From Octopus vulgaris (lineage: Eukaryota), in NCBI GenBank assembly GCA_951406725.2, contig OX597818.1, positions 26,412,001-26,476,000 on the forward strand: a stretch of DNA of 64,000 nucleotides. The letters run 5' to 3'. Shown here piece by piece: positions 62,384 through 64,000 of this stretch. The position numbers and the translations under genes were made by a program. The notes under the pieces were generated by a model. It had not been told where the DNA came from and did not search any database. It saw nothing but the letters and a program-made list of their open reading frames with translations. Within the stretch, counting starts at the first letter, position 1. Each line of letters opens with the position of its first letter.

Positions 62384-62439
62384 TACACATGCACACGTAC
62401 ATACACATACACACATATATATGTATATATATATACATA

Positions 62440-64000
62440 CATAGCAAATGAAAGACAGAAGATGGATTATACGAGAATTTATTATTAATCACGACAATTG
62501 TTTTGATACATATAGCATCAGTTCCTCTTGGGTGGAACACTCAACAACTGTTTCAGGAGCATCAGGTGGTGCAGACGCCTCTTGTTGGGTGATAAATAAA
62601 TACAACTCTTTAAAATGACTGTTCCGCAATGTAACTTTCCGTTTTGTAGAGAGAAAAGCAGCCAAATGGAGGAAATATCTTCATTTATGTAGAAGATCAA
62701 AAATCAAATCACTGATGACAAAAAGAGAAACGAACATGCAATCAAGCGAGGAAAGTATTAAAAATAACCGTTGACAGATATGGATGTATAAATGCTTTCA
62801 GGCAAGCTGCATTGTCCAAGTACACCTGCTCATACAATCATCCACAAAAATGTGAGCATACACACATGTGAGGTTTGGTGCACTCATGGTCACAAAATGA
62901 GTTAGTTATCCACTTGGTGTATATAAGAATGGGGAGGTTAAAAGTAAACTTAAGTCATCCATACCTTAAAGTAAATTAAGTTAACGGTTACTCAAAATTC
63001 ATTCTCACTACATTGTGCAAAAGTACATTTATATGCATGTAGGCATCTTGAGAGTTGTTCAGAAATTCTATTAATTATCTTCTTGTTAGTCCACAGAATA
63101 GACAAGGATTCTTTAGATCAGAGACGGTATCTCCTGGAAATTATATTGTATGGTTTCACATACCTTACTATGGACTAATTAATACTGTACTTCATTTTAT
63201 CCTCTTTCAGTTGCCATACAAAATCTGCCAAAGGTGTTGAATGTCTCTTATTGATTATCTTAAAGCTGGCAACATGGTTACGATAATGAATCTTAAATGA
63301 ATCAGCTGTCTGCCCAATGTAAACATAGGATCCTCCCTTTGAGTGCATGGTACATTTATATACAAGATTTGTACTCATACAGAGATTCATCAAAGGACAT
63401 TTTGATTTTTCTCTGCATGAGCATTTATCGTATTTATTTGTATATAAGACAGTACCGACTCCATTTACTGGCGTTTTTACCATGCTAGCTGTATCATAAG
63501 TATTTCTACAACTACAAATTGGTTGTAGTTGGTGTTTATCAATGCAGTTTACATCTTCTTGGTTGGTATTTAGATGCAAATGTTCGCTAGATCCAGTAGG
63601 TGGGTTATTGAACCTTTGCCACATTTTGCTATTGTTTATGCGATGCATAAGCTGCTCTAAATTAGCAGAGTTGGCATAGGATACATTCACGGTGTGTCGA
63701 TAAAAATAGCATGATACTGATTAGATTTAGGAAAACATTTGTCCAAAGCAGCAAAAAATTTTCCAGCAATTTTCTTTGAAACATCCAAACCAAAAATCTG
63801 TTTGAACCCAAGGACATCCTGATTCCTATATCTGTTATTAGGCTTATTTGATTGAGTGTGTGGTACAGGATTGGAATAAGCAGTTGAATTATTATGTCGT
63901 GTGTGTCTATGAGGTTTTGTTGGTAGTTCATTGATATGACCAATTCTTCCTGGCCTGTGTTCTTTATCTGAGTGAGTTCTCAAGCCGTAACATTGTGGTG
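62440..64000 (-). mobile_element. Penelope-like element: linker and GIY-YIG endonuclease, plus pLTR-like 3' region
   Basis: ORF 63175-63690 CSCREKSKCPL...C...NLVYKC....YVYIGQT..FK.HY.NH..SF......STPLADFVWQLK; upstream FGLDVSKKIAGKFFAALDKCFPK. Extends to the window end. Confidence 0.85.

Noticed and set aside
62775-62850. Possible hammerhead on the minus strand downstream of the GIY-YIG ORF (ggatg..catcc helix)
   Set aside because: Core too degenerate (ttgtatga in place of CUGAUGA) to call.

Overview
AT-rich, microsatellite-dense animal DNA. The repeat repertoire (tRNA-derived SINEs, RTE LINEs with (GAT)n tails, (TA)n/(CA)n tracts) looks like an Octopus-type cephalopod genome; this is inferred, not proven. 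The window is almost entirely transposon-derived and contains no complete host gene. Retroelements: many RTE-clade LINE copies (longest 23090-25298, with a PHD-finger-like insertion inside the RT), a 5'-truncated CR1/L2-type LINE (717-aa ORF), R4/Dong-type restriction-like-endonuclease LINE 3' ends, three or four Penelope-like (GIY-YIG) remnants and several SINE families. DNA transposons: mariner elements and MITEs, TTAA-flanked piggyBac-type MITEs, non-autonomous Helitrons, and fossil hAT, Harbinger and Helitron coding remnants. The only host-like region is a CpG-retaining, promoter-like island (~46.6-48.8 kb) with candidate first exons on both strands. The most notable hidden signal is about a dozen hammerhead-ribozyme-like motifs (CUGANGA...GAAA...NUH with pairable stems), folded by eye. 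They include a perfect palindrome encoding a ribozyme on each strand (22767-22895) and an inverted pair that brackets the promoter island (46137-46196 +, 49078-49138 -). Most short ORFs in the track are microsatellite artefacts. Boundaries of decayed elements are approximate.
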